A DNA stretch of 64,000 nucleotides from Octopus vulgaris. Lineage: Eukaryota. The notes under the pieces are model-generated. The model worked only from the letters and a program-made list of their open reading frames with translations. It was not told where the DNA came from and searched no databases. This document shows, piece after piece, positions 1 through 11,164 of the stretch. The first letter of the stretch is position 1. Each line of letters starts with the position of its first letter. The DNA lies in NCBI GenBank assembly GCA_951406725.2, contig OX597836.1:32116001-32180000 (forward strand), read 5' to 3'. The position numbers and the translations under genes were made by a program.

Positions 1-17
1 ATATGAAAGTAGTACTT

Positions 18-315
18 GTATATAATGTATTCAGAATTAATGGAATGGAGTTCTATAAATCTCAACAATTTTGCTAAAAATGGAGGAGACAAGTTGTTAA
101 AATTCATAAGAAGTTTAATTCTTGCAGACAATCATTTTGTACAGAGATATGATAATAATGTAAATTCATTAAAATATTTTATTATTATATCTATGTAAAA
201 AACAATTGTCTGCAAGAATTGAATTTCTTATGAATTTTAACAACTTGTATCCTCTATTTTTAACAAAATTGATCAGATTAATGGAACTTCATTCTAGAAA
301 TTCATCATATATCAT

Positions 316-320
<5 letters not shown>
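18..320. mobile_element. ~300-bp degenerate palindrome (fold-back/MITE-like element)
   Basis: GACAAGTTGTTAAAATTCATAAGAAGTTTAATTCTTGCAGACAAT (88-132) is the near reverse complement of ATTGTCTGCAAGAATTGAATTTCTTATGAATTTTAACAACTTGTA (~204-249). Pairing continues outward to ~18/320 and inward to a ~20-nt loop. Confidence 0.75.
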
Positions 321-378
<58 letters not shown>

Positions 379-494
379 CATATATATACATATATACATA
401 TAGATAAACTGTTTGTGCCATTTATTTCATGGGCTCCTCGTGAGCTTTTGTCGAAAAGCTTGCTGTGCATTTTGTTGGAGAATTAAGTTCCTGG

Positions 495-580
495 ATTTTC
501 CTGAAGAGAAGGCTGCAAAATGGACTCCTTATTCAATCCGTATTAGGGACTTTGCAGCCTTCGTAACATATGTAGAAAAT
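495..580 (+). ncRNA. Minimal type I hammerhead ribozyme motif with one core substitution
   Basis: Stem I ATTTTC(495-500)/GAAAAT(575-580); CTGAAGA (501-507); 12-bp stem II GAAGGCTGCAAA(508-519)/TTTGCAGCCTTC(551-562); GTAA in place of GAAA (563-566); palindromic stem III ACATATGT; GUA cleavage triplet. Sits in a ~230-bp element between TA-rich tracts. Confidence 0.75.
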
Positions 581-631
581 AATAAAAAGGAATTTTGTTA
601 AATCTTCATTCAGCTCCATTTCTTCCTACAC

Positions 632-666
<35 letters not shown>

Positions 667-667
667 A

Positions 668-945
668 TAATAATAATAATATTAGGGAGTATATCCAAAC
701 TTACAGAGAAAAATTAGATTTAGGATTAAATCAAATTTCACAGTATAAATATAAATTAAATTAGAGATAAAACCACTATTAGGCAACTCAAACAGTGAAA
801 GACATAAACCAAACATAAAAAACATAAAAAACAATATATATATATATATATATATGTATATTCATTTTTTGTTTTTTATGTTTTGGTTTATGTCTTTCAC
901 TGTTTGAGTTGCCTAATAGTGGTTTTATCTCTAATTTAATTTATA
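668..945. mobile_element. Fold-back element in (TA)n (Penelope-like terminal-repeat-type family)
   Basis: Near-perfect inverted arms 750-823 / 871-945. The same family recurs at 55600-55998 (carrying a hammerhead core), ~41045-41290 and ~44300-44495. Confidence 0.6.
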
Positions 946-983
946 CGTATATATATATAATTTATATATATATATATATATAT

Positions 984-1347
984 ATATTGTTATATTTCGG
1001 AATGGCTATTTTGCCAGTTTAGCCAATAAAAACACACACACTATATTTTTGGTGTTACTTTGCTTCAGTGTTATTCATTTTTTACATTAATCTTAATCTT
1101 ATTTCAGCCAGAGTTCTTTCGTCACACTCCTGTGACTGCTTCAGTGGTCCTTTGTTTTCTTCTTTCTTATTTGTGTCTCTCCTTACTAACCGTCAGCCAT
1201 TTTGTATTTGTATTGTATGTCTTCATTTGCGCATGCTTATATCTCTATGTGCGTCTATGTTTATTTAGTGTGTGTGTGTGTGGGGGGGATGCCTGTAACA
1301 TTTATTGGCTAAACTGGCAAAATGACCATTCTGAAATATAACAATAT
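984..1347. mobile_element. Non-autonomous element with 47-bp terminal inverted repeats and an internal hammerhead-like motif
   Basis: ATATTGTTATATTTCGGAATGGCTATTTTGCCAGTTTAGCCAATAAA (984-1030) vs TTTATTGGCTAAACTGGCAAAATGACCATTCTGAAATATAACAATAT (1301-1347); abuts (TA)n. Confidence 0.75.
1108..1147 (-). ncRNA. Minimal type I hammerhead-like motif
   Basis: Minus strand reads CCA-CTGAAGCA-GTCACA-GGAG-TGTGAC-GAAA-GAAC-TC-TGG: 3-bp stem I, 6-bp stem II, 2-bp stem III. Deviates at core position 9 (C rather than A). Confidence 0.6.
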
Positions 1348-1539
1348 CTGTTTCAACACACGACTTCACATAAAAAAATCTTGCACAACAAATATATAAA
1401 CGTATATATATATATCTCCATATATACAGAGAGATGGAAAGAAAGAAGAAAAAAGAAGCATAAAAGTTCATAGTTCAACTTACCAACATTATAGAAACAA
1501 GAACATAAGTCCTTAGGTGCAATACGGTGTAGATATATA

Positions 1540-1751
1540 TTGAAGATGAAAGGAAAGGTCTATAGGAGTTGCGTGAGAGCTGTAATGCTGTATGGGAGTG
1601 AGGCATGGTGTTTGAGGGAGAGAGAGATGGTAATTTGGAGAAAGACTGAGAGAAATGTGTGACATGAGGTTGTTTGATAAGAGAGGGACTGAGGACTTGA
1701 TGGGGATGCTGGGGTTGGAGGAATCAGTGGAATGGCTGGCAAGCGCGAATG
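1540..1751 (+). mobile_element. RTE-clade LINE ORF2 C-terminal fragment
   Basis: Translates LKMKGKVYRSCVRAVMLYGSEAWCLREREM...TER/MCDMRLFDKRGTEDLMGMLGLEESVE; the KGKVY..VR..MLYGSExW motif is typical of RTE; one frameshift. Confidence 0.8.
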
Positions 1752-2085
1752 TTCCAAGTTCAGTCCCACTGAGTGGCACCTTGGACAAGTGTCTTCTACT
1801 ATAGCCTCGGGCCGACCAAAGCTTTGTATGTGTATTTGGTAGATGGAAACTAAAAGAAGCTCATGTGTGTGTATATGTATGTTTGTGTGTCTATGTTTGT
1901 CCCACCAATATCGCCTGACAACAGATGCTGGTGTGTTTACTTAGTCCCTGTAACTTAGTGGTTCAACAAAAGACACCGATAGAATAAGTACCAGGCTTAC
2001 AAAGAATGAGTCCTGGGGTCGATTTCTTCGACTAAAGCCAGTGCTCCAGCATGGCCACAGTCAACTGACTGAAACAAGTAGGTAA
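1752..2085 (+). mobile_element. CORE-type tRNA-derived SINE, 5'-truncated
   Basis: Matches full-length copies at 36751 and 60797, including GGCACCTTGGxCAAGTGTCTTCTACT and the TGACTGAAACAAGTA tail. An inverted 5'-half copy follows at ~2105-2262. Confidence 0.8.
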
Positions 2086-2551
2086 AGTAAGTAAGTATAT
2101 ATATGTACGACAGGCTCCTTTCAGTTTCCAATATCAAATCTCTCACAAGGCTTTGGTCAGCCTAAGGCCATTGTAGAAGACACTTGCACAAGATGCCACA
2201 CAGTGGGACCGAACCCAGAACTATGTGGTTGGGAAGGAAGCTTCTTACCACAAGGCCATGCTTTCACTTATATGTATATGTACACGCGTGTATACATATA
2301 TATATATGTGTGTATGTATGTCAACTAAAAAAGCTAGTTTAGAAAAACTTCATCTCTCCCAAATGTCACACTGTTGGATTGAACTGGGGACCTCAAGATT
2401 GTAAAGTAAATTTGTTAACCACATGGCTATCCATGATCGATACATGTGCATATATGCACAGACAGAGACTGTTTTAGTGTGACAAGAAAGAGCAGCAGTA
2501 GTCGCAGTAGCAGTGACATCAACAGTCATCAAGAACAGAAATAACAATGAC

Positions 2552-2603
2552 AACTGATAACAATAACAACAACAACAACAACAACAGCAACAATGATGAC
2601 AAC

Positions 2604-2634
<31 letters not shown>

Positions 2635-2661
2635 ACAATAACAATAACAATATCAATAATG

Positions 2662-2744
<83 letters not shown>

Positions 2745-2745
2745 C
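2552..2745. repeat. (AAC)n/(GAT)n/(AAT)n compound microsatellite
   Basis: Directly visible. Confidence 0.95.
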
Positions 2746-2961
2746 ATTGTAAATGTTCAATAAATATGTAAGTCAAATAATTCAATATTGAAGATACAAA
2801 GGAAGACTTCTAGGAGTGTTACAACATGTACAGACATGCATCTCTCTCTCCTCATCAACCTACGCTCTTTCTCTCTCTAACTCACACACTCTTCCTTGAC
2901 TCCTTTCCAGCCCAAACCAATGAGAGAGCCTTTGTGTGGTCCCTCAACTTGCCAGAAATAA

Positions 2962-3114
2962 CAATCATGGCCAACAAGTGGCCTGTGGGACTTCTTGAAT
3001 GGCAACGCTTGCCAAACAAAAAATATGACCTTGAATTAGTTTTGTAAGTGTGGCCCTCTGATAATGAACTAAGTCTCATGTGGCCCACTCCTCGAAAAGG
3101 ATTGTCCATGCCTG
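2962..3114. mobile_element. hAT-Charlie-like MITE, degenerate
   Basis: Left CAATCATGGCCAAC..TGGCC, right ATGTGGCCC...TTGTCCATGCCTG; resembles CAGGCATGGCCAA-type termini. No clear TSD. Confidence 0.45.
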
Positions 3115-3513
3115 CTCTAAAGTCTTAGAAAAAGAAATGATGGTATAATGTGGTCCTATGTTCCTTGCTCATATAAAAACGACTGGATAGTCATGGTTGG
3201 AATGTCTTTGATCACAGCTGTGACGTGTTAAGGCTGACCTGGGACTAATTAACAACACCCTTCATCCAGACAATTTAGTCTCTCCTTCCCTCCATCTGAC
3301 CCATCTTGACCTTTATTTCAATGACCCCCACCCCAGCCTCATGTCCTTGTTCACTTTACCCTACCTTTACACCACCTCTTGCCCTCCACCCCACCCCATC
3401 CCAACAAACAGTCAGATAAAAGATATACATGGGTAAATATTGATATGTCACCATGTCAACCAAATATGAGCTGTAAGAAACGTATGTGCATAAAAGACAC
3501 AGTATCTGGCCTC

Positions 3514-3712
3514 TGTGTGTGTGTGTGTGTGTGTGTGTGTACATATGCATGTGTGCATGTGCGTATGTATGTGTGTATGTGTGCGTGTGTGTGTATGTGC
3601 GTGTGTGCGCATGTTTGTGTGTATGTGTGTGTGCATGTGTGTACATGTGTATGTGTGTGTGTCTATGTGCATGTGTGTGTATGTGCATGTGTGTGTGTAT
3701 GTGTGTATGTCC
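3514..3712. repeat. Degenerate (TG)n microsatellite
   Basis: Directly visible. Confidence 0.95.
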
Positions 3713-4999
3713 CTGTGTGACAATAGAGCTTATTCATGCTCTCACCAAACTCTTCTCAATTTCTCTACCTTTGTCTACAAGGAAAATTCCTTGCACATGG
3801 TTTAGTGGTAAGGGTATTTGGCTCTCCTCCACAGCCAATCAATTCTAGTGTGCCATGGACTTCAGTTTTGTTCTCACTGACTCTTACTCCGATACATCAA
3901 TAATCTATCTGCTGTCATGAGCAATGCCTACATCTACACAGCTGAGACTATGCTCCATTTCTTCTTCACAAAAATATCAACAACATCACCCGAATGCAAT
4001 CCAGGCATCTTAAACCAAACCTGTACAGTTTCAATGAAATGCAACCTTAAAAACCTCCCTTTTTGAAGTCATGCCAATTTTGTCTCCTTTGACAAAGACA
4101 CAATCTATTTTGGAAGTTTTCAGCACGCTTGAGCAGAGTTGGGTTACTTCCGGTAGGCTGCTGGAAGTTCCCTCATGCGCATGCGCAGAGAACTGCCATC
4201 AGAAAGTTTTCTCACTAGATCTGTCTTTTAGAAGCTGCAGCCAAATCGAGTGGACACAACTCAACCTTCTCTCAAAGGAAACCCAACACGTAGAGAAGCC
4301 CCCTTCTATGTGGGAACAGGGACAGCATTTTGGCTCACAAATTTAACTATTGTGCATAGTTTTATGGCCTTGGCTACCGGTTCGCCCTGAAGAAGATATA
4401 TGTGTATATATTTTTATTCGCGAATCCTGACAAAAATAAAATATTATTTATTGCTGTTGAAGATAGTCGAAGTTTTGGTTTTCCTTTCGACATGATTGAA
4501 TGTAACAGGATAAGTCCGGCACCCCTCAAGTGTTCCAGAGACCTTCATCCTGTTACAACTACATATATTGGATTCAAATTTTGGAACAAGGTCAGAAATT
4601 TTGGGGAGTGGGTTAAGCCAACTACATCGACCCCCAGGGATCAACTGGTACTTATTTTATCAACTCCGAAAGTATGAAAGGCAAAGTCAAACTTCGTGGG
4701 ATTTGAACTCTATGAGAAGACAGGTAGAAGCAAACTTCTTGCCACAAAGCCATGCCTGCTTAGCAGCATTTCATCCATCTTCATGTACTGAGTTCAAATT
4801 TTGCTGAGGTTGACTTTGCTTTTCATGCTTCCAGTTTCAATAAAATAGTTGAGCCCTGGGTTCAATGTAATCAACTTAACCCCTTCCTTGAAATGACTGA
4901 CTCTGTACCAAAATGGTAAACCAATTTTTTCTACAAACCAATTGTTAGTCACGGAGTGTGGTATTTACTATATACTGGTTATCAGTGTGTAGTGTAATA

Positions 5000-5440
5000 T
5001 ATTCTTTTCTTCTCTAGACACAAGGCCCAAAACTTTTTGGGAGGGTGCCAGTCGATAATATCGACCTGATTATGCAACAGGTACTTCATTTATCAATGCT
5101 GAAAGGATGAAAGGCAAAGTCAACCTCAACAGAATTTGAACTCAGAACATAAAGACAGACGAAATACCACTGAGCATTTCGCCCATTGTGCTAACGTTTC
5201 TTCCAGCTCACCACCTTTAATATTCTTTTCTACTCTAGGTACAAGGCCTGAAATTCTTTGGGAGGGGGCCAGTTGATTAGATCGACCCCACTATGCAATT
5301 GGTACTTAATCTATCGACCCTGAAAGGATGAAAGGCAAAGCTGGCATCAATGGAATTTGAACTCAGAATTGTAAAGACAGATGAAATACCACTAAGCATT
5401 TCGCCCAGCATGAGAATGTTTCTGCAAGTTCGCTGCTTTT
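5000..5440 (-). mobile_element. Two tandem Meta-domain tRNA-derived SINEs
   Basis: Each copy has the reverse complement of GACTTTGCCTTTCATCCTTTCGGGGTCGAT-AAATAAGTACC. AATATTCTTT-like sequence recurs at the junctions. Further partial copies at 4580-4925. Confidence 0.8.
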
Positions 5441-6247
5441 AATATTCTTTGTTTTGTTCTTGATGTTCTTCAGGTAAAAATGTCAAAGTGTCAGTCAGGT
5501 TGACATACGTGTATGTGTGTCTTCGCGTGAAAGTATGTGTATATGTACATGTATGTGTGTGTTCGTGTGTGTGCATGTGTGTGTGTGTGTGATTTCCTTG
5601 GTATTTTTCATTTTAGCCAAAATATAAAATACCAACAAATTCCAACATTTCAGACAGTATATCCTCATCATAACATTAACTTATTTTATATTTCATTTTC
5701 TCAAAGTGTAATCATCAAGGATTTATAAAACTGCCATCTCGTTAAAAAACAAAACAAAAAACAAAAAAAACTCAAACAAACAAACAAAAATTAGTTATAT
5801 TATATGTGTATCAACAAAGAACAACGTTTCGGTTTATTCTTTGAATGAGATGTTCCGAGGGAAATACCATTTCTGTCATCGATTTTCTATGTCTGTTTGT
5901 TGACTTACATTTCTTGATTAAGAGAACAACGTAGGATTTATCAAAAACTACTCTGATGTAGAATAATTTAGTCTAGGAATTAAAAGTTAACATGTGCAGA
6001 ATAAATAAATTTGAATGAGAAGACATAAGATGGGAAAATAATTACTACAAGCGGTGTTTTAAAGTGTAAGAGCAGGAAAGAAGTGTGTTTTTGATTAAGT
6101 AGATTAACACATTGTATTATATCTTATGACGAGACGTCTGTTTATGTATGCCTGCCAATAAATGTTATCATTTCAGATTCTAAAACCAAGGTGTCACATG
6201 AAAAGCTCTGATGCTGGTACTACATAAAAAGCCCTGACTCAGTTACA

Positions 6248-7125
6248 AGTGCTTTTTACGTCACACCAGCTCCTGTGCTTTTTACCGGACACCATTACCA
6301 GAGATTTTTACCTGACACCATTACCAGTGCTTTTTACATGACACCATTACCAGTGCATTTTATGTGTCACCATTACCAGTGCTTTTTATCTCACACCATC
6401 TCCTGTGCTTTTTACCGGACACCATTACCAGAGATTTTTACCTGACACCATTACCAGTGCTTTTTACATGACACCATTACCAGTGCATTTTATGTGGCAC
6501 CATTACCAGTGCTTTTTATGTCACACCAGCTCCTGTGCTTTTTACCGGACACCATTACCAGAGATTTTTACCTGACACCATTACCAGTGCTTTTTACATG
6601 ACACCATTACCAGTGCATTTTATGTGTCACCATTACCAGTGCTTTTTATCTCACACCAGCTCCTGTGCTTTTTATCGGACACCATTACCAGAGATTTTTA
6701 CCTGACACCATTACCAGTGCTTTTTACATGACACCATTACCAGTGCATTTTATGTGGCACCATTACCAGTGCTTTTTATGTCACACCAGCTCCTGTGCTT
6801 TTTACCGGACACCATTACCAGAGATTTTTACCTGACACCATTACCAGTGCTTTTTACATGACACCATTACCAGTGCATTTTATGTGTCACCATTACCAGT
6901 GCTTTTTATCTCACACCATCTCCTGTGATTTTTACCTGACACCATTACCAGTGCTTTTTACATGACACCATTACCAGTGCATTTTATGTGGCACCATTAC
7001 CAGTGCTTTTTATGTCACACCAGCTCCTGTGCTTATTACCGGACACCATTACCAGTGCTTTTTACATGACACCATTACCAGTGCTTTTTACGTGGTACCA
7101 GCTCCTGTGCTTTTTACACGACACC
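6248..7125. repeat. Minisatellite: 26-bp unit, 130-bp and 260-bp higher-order periods
   Basis: TCACACCA(G/T)CTCCTGTG recurs at 6261, 6391, 6521, 6651, 6781 and 6911; variant positions alternate every other unit. Confidence 0.95.
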
Positions 7126-7322
7126 ATTTTTTATTTCTTTATTGCCCACAGAGGGCTAAACATAGAGGGGAAAAACAAGGACAGACAAAAGGATTAAGTC
7201 GATTACATCAGCCCCAATGCGTAACTGGTTCTTATTTAATCAATCAAAAAAGCCCTGGTGCTGGCACCATGTAAAAGCACAGACTACAATTGTTTCATAG
7301 CTGAAACAATGTTGGTTACATA

Positions 7323-7544
7323 TGACGGGTTGCTGAAAGGTTCCTGGCCTTAAGGGTATTGCTAAAGGCTTGGTTTGAGGCTCAAACTTCCAAGTTCTTT
7401 TACAGGGCTTAGAAAAAAACTGAAGGACCCCTGCAATAAGTGTGTGAATCTGAGAGGGGAATATGTTGAATAAATACATAATTTACTGATGATCCTCATG
7501 CATTTTCTTTTACCTAAAGCCAGGAACATTTCAGCACCCCCTTC
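7323..7544 (+). mobile_element. Mariner-derived MITE retaining the transposase C-terminus
   Basis: TA-flanked TIRs TGACGGGTTGCTGAAAGGTTCCTGGC / GCCAGGAACATTTCAGCACCCCCTTC; internal KLKDPCNKCVNLRGEYVE*. A partial second copy lies at ~9612-9684. Confidence 0.8.
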
Positions 7545-7630
7545 TAGCATACATAAAACCCGCTTAGCATATCTTCAGGTTCTATTACTTTTAGGTTATT
7601 TACATTGTTATATGAGGACGGAGAAATGAT

Positions 7631-7861
7631 TTACTCTTTTACTCTTTTACTTGTTTCCGTCATTTGACTGCAGCCATGCTGGAGCACCACCTTTAGCCAA
7701 AGTAATCGACCCCAGGACTTATTCTTTGTAAGCCTAGTACTTATTCTATTGGTCTCTTTTGCCGAACTGCTAAGTTATGGGCACGTAAACACACCAGCAT
7801 CAGTTGTCAGGTGATGTTGGGGGATAAACTCAGACACACAAACATATACACACACATACAT

Positions 7862-7906
<45 letters not shown>

Positions 7907-8068
7907 ATGAGCTTCTTTCAGTTTCTGCCTACCAAATCCACTCACAAAGCTTTGGTCAGCCCGAGGCTATAGTAGAAGGCACTTGCCCAAGGTGCCATGC
8001 AGTGGGACTGAACCCAGAACCATGTACTTGGTAAGCCAGCTACTTACCACACAGACACTCCTGCGCCT
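7631..8068 (-). mobile_element. CORE-type SINE, full length
   Basis: Reverse complement of the family consensus with (GTAAAAGA)n tail and internal (TA)/(CA) tract. Confidence 0.9.
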
Positions 8069-8489
8069 ATTTATGATATTAGTCACACCATGAATGGCAA
8101 GTTAAAAACAAAACACAAAATCAAAATCAAATCACCAATGGAAAGTAATAATTAGTTTGGTATACCACCCTAAAAGGAAACAAAAAGTGTGTGTTTATAG
8201 ATGTCATAAAGTCAAAGGAGACCGATGCTAGGTAGATGGGTAGAGAAGGTGGGGTATACTAAAGAGATTAGGGGGATAAGAGATTAGGAGACTAAAGAGA
8301 TTAGGTGGGGCAATAAAATTCTTTACACTTTGGCACTGGAGAGATGGTAGGAGATGAAAAATTGATTATAGTGTATTGAGTAAAAGTTCTAGTTAGCAAA
8401 CAGATAAATTATTGGAACAATTTAACGAACGAGTAATAAGACATCCAAAGAGTAATAGATGCCACCTGTAGAATTTATGTGAGAAAAAA

Positions 8490-8906
8490 TGCATATACAT
8501 ATACACACACACTTATATATATATATATATATACATACATACACATACATATATACATATACATACACACATACACATACACAAACATATACATACACAA
8601 ACATACACAGTTATATATATATATATATATATACATATACATACACACACATACATATACACACACACTTATATATATACATATACATACACAAATACAC
8701 ATACATATACATACATATATACACATACATATATACATACACATACATACACAGTTATATATACATATACATACATACACATACATATACACACACACAC
8801 ACACACTTATATATATATATACATACACACATACACATACATATACATACATATATACATATACATATACATATACACATACACATACATACACAAACAT
8901 ACACAG

Positions 8907-8955
<49 letters not shown>

Positions 8956-8995
8956 CACACACACATACATATACACCTACACACACACATGTATA
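8490..8995. repeat. (TA)/(CA) compound microsatellite with ~150-bp internal duplications
   Basis: Anchors CACTTATAT (~8510, 8666, 8804) and CAGTTATAT (~8608, 8752, 8904) recur. Confidence 0.85.
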
Positions 8996-9118
8996 AAGAT
9001 CTGATTAAATGAAACGGATGAAAAAGATGAAAGGTGAAATATAGAATGGTAAAACAATAAGATTAAAAAGTGAGGTATTTCTGCAAGCAACAGATAAATA
9101 TTCTGTGTAAAAATACAT

Positions 9119-9264
9119 AGTGGCTGCTTACCAACCACATGGTTCCAAGTTCAGTCTCACTGCATGGCACTTTGGGCAAAGTGTCTTCTACTAGAGTCTT
9201 GGGCTGACCAAAGCCTTGTGAGTGGATTTGGTAGACGGAAACTGAAAGAAGCCCATCATATATT

Positions 9265-9313
<49 letters not shown>

Positions 9314-9365
9314 CTTTGTGTCTGTGTTTCTCCCCCACCACCATTGCTTGACAACCGATGTTGGC
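9119..9365 (+). mobile_element. CORE-type SINE, partial
   Basis: Family match. Confidence 0.8.
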
Positions 9366-10495
9366 AAACTAAAGTAAAGTAACGTTACCATCTCTTCTTG
9401 AGTTAAACAGACTCATAAGGGCCAATTTCCTGGTTTCCATGGCATATATATTCCCCCCCACCTGGATGGGACACCAGTCCTTTGCAGGACGACTCACTTT
9501 TGCCAGCGGAGTAGACTGGAGCAACATGAAATGAAGCATTTTGCTCAAGAACACAATGTGTTGCCCAGCCCAGGAAGTTTGTGCCTCCAACAATACCATA
9601 TAGCAAATGTAGGAGGGTATACTGAAAAGTTCTTGGTTTTAAAGGTATCACAAAAGGACTGATTGGAGGCACAAACTTCCAAGTCGGGGGCTAGCATCGA
9701 CCACGTTCGGATGGTGCTGTCTATCACCACCACTTGACAAACAGTGTGGGTCTGTTTATGTCCATGTAACTTAGCAATTTGGCAAAAGAGACTGATAGAG
9801 TAAGTTTCAGGCTTAAAAAGGGAAAATAAGTATTGTAGTGAATTCGTTCAACTGAACCACACAAGGCCTCAGCAATGCTGCTGTGTTATGAATGAAATAA
9901 GTAGGATATAAAAGATAAAGACATTTAGAAACCATTTGACAGAAATTCACTTCAGAAAGATTTTAACTATCAAAGCAGTCAAAGGTGACAGAAGTTTATT
10001 TAATTTCAAGGTAGGTAAAAATGAAAGAATTTATGAGAATGTGCTGGAAGAATAAAACAAAACAAAGCAAAACATATCAAAAACGAAGCAAAAACCAAAA
10101 TTTAAAAGCAAGAAATGTACTTTAGATCGTTCAATTCTCTTTGAGTGAGCAAATTGTGAAGGAAAAAAGAAAACATAAAGAGAAAAGGCTCCCCCTTGTC
10201 TTTACTCCCGTTTTATTCCTGTAGATTTTACTTTTCGGTAAAGCTGACTAAAATCACGTGTCAATTAGATGCCAACCTTTAATCATTACCAAAGTGGCTC
10301 TTTGAAGAAGTAATATATTTTCACTTTGTAGCCATTTTTATGAGCCTGGAATTGCAGCATGGTGGGCAAAATGAATTATTTTCAAAGAAATCTATGCAAA
10401 AATTGGTTGTTTCAGTTTTTCTGCGAGGGTGAGAGGAATAAAACATTGTGGAATTGGTACTACTTCTACCATGTCATCTACTACTGCTGCTGCTG

Positions 10496-10528
<33 letters not shown>

Positions 10529-10667
10529 TTACCATCGCCACTGCTCCCACCATCACCACTACCACAAACCACCACTACTTCCATCACCAGAGCTACCACC
10601 GGAGCCAAAAGCACTAATATCACTAGTTGTAGTGGTGGTGGTGGTGGTGGTGGTGATCTATAAGCTT

Positions 10668-10828
10668 TTTTCATCCTCTGTTTATTTTCTCTTATTCCTT
10701 TCTGTTGAAGAGCCTAGGCTCGAAATGTAAAGGACATTTTCCTTTTCCCAAGCGTCAAACTAATACACTTGCTTGTTGTTCATACACCTGCCTTTGTCTT
10801 TTGTTTTTCTATAAATTTCAATTATATA
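10668..10828 (+). mobile_element. Penelope-like terminal fragment with degenerate hammerhead (10696-10734)
   Basis: TCCTTT-CTGTTGA-A-GAGCC-TA-GGCTC-GAAA-TG-TA-AAGGA. Downstream sequence (AGCGTC-AATAC-CTTGTT) is homologous to that after the intact motif at 56735. Confidence 0.6.
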
Positions 10829-10829
10829 T

Positions 10830-11160
10830 TATCATCATTGTTTAACATCCGCTTTCCATGCTGGCATGGGTTGGATGGTTCGATTGGGGACTGGCGAGCC
10901 AGTAGGCTGCACCAGGCTCCAATGTGATCTGGCAAGGTTTCTACAGTTGGATGCCCTTCCTAATGCCAACCACTCCAAGAATGTAGTGGGTGCTTTTTAC
11001 ATGCTACTGGCATGGGAGCCAGTCAGGCAGCACTGGCATTGACCACGTTTGGATGGTGCATTTTATGTGCCGCCAGCACAAGAGCCAGTAGTGGAGCAGA
11101 CTGGCATTGACCATGTTTGGATGGTGCTTTTTACATGCCACCAGCACGGGGAGCCAGCAT
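10830..11160 (-). mobile_element. SINE with RTE/Ceph-like body and (GAT)n tail
   Basis: Reverse complement of GGTTGGCATTAGGAAGGGCATCCA...CATGGAAAGCGGATGTTAAAC. Same family at 21927, 35700, 55337 and 59100. Confidence 0.75.
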
Positions 11161-11164
11161 GGGA

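Noticed and set aside
6248-7125. CRISPR-like appearance of the regular repeat
   Set aside because: No unique spacers, eukaryotic context and no cas genes; it is a tandem minisatellite.
8380-8470. Faint Penelope RT-thumb-like peptide on the minus strand (GCLITRSLNCSNN)
   Set aside because: Too short and interrupted by stops to support.
9956-10010. Possible small exon ending AAG|gtaggt
   Set aside because: Weak acceptor and unrecognisable peptide.
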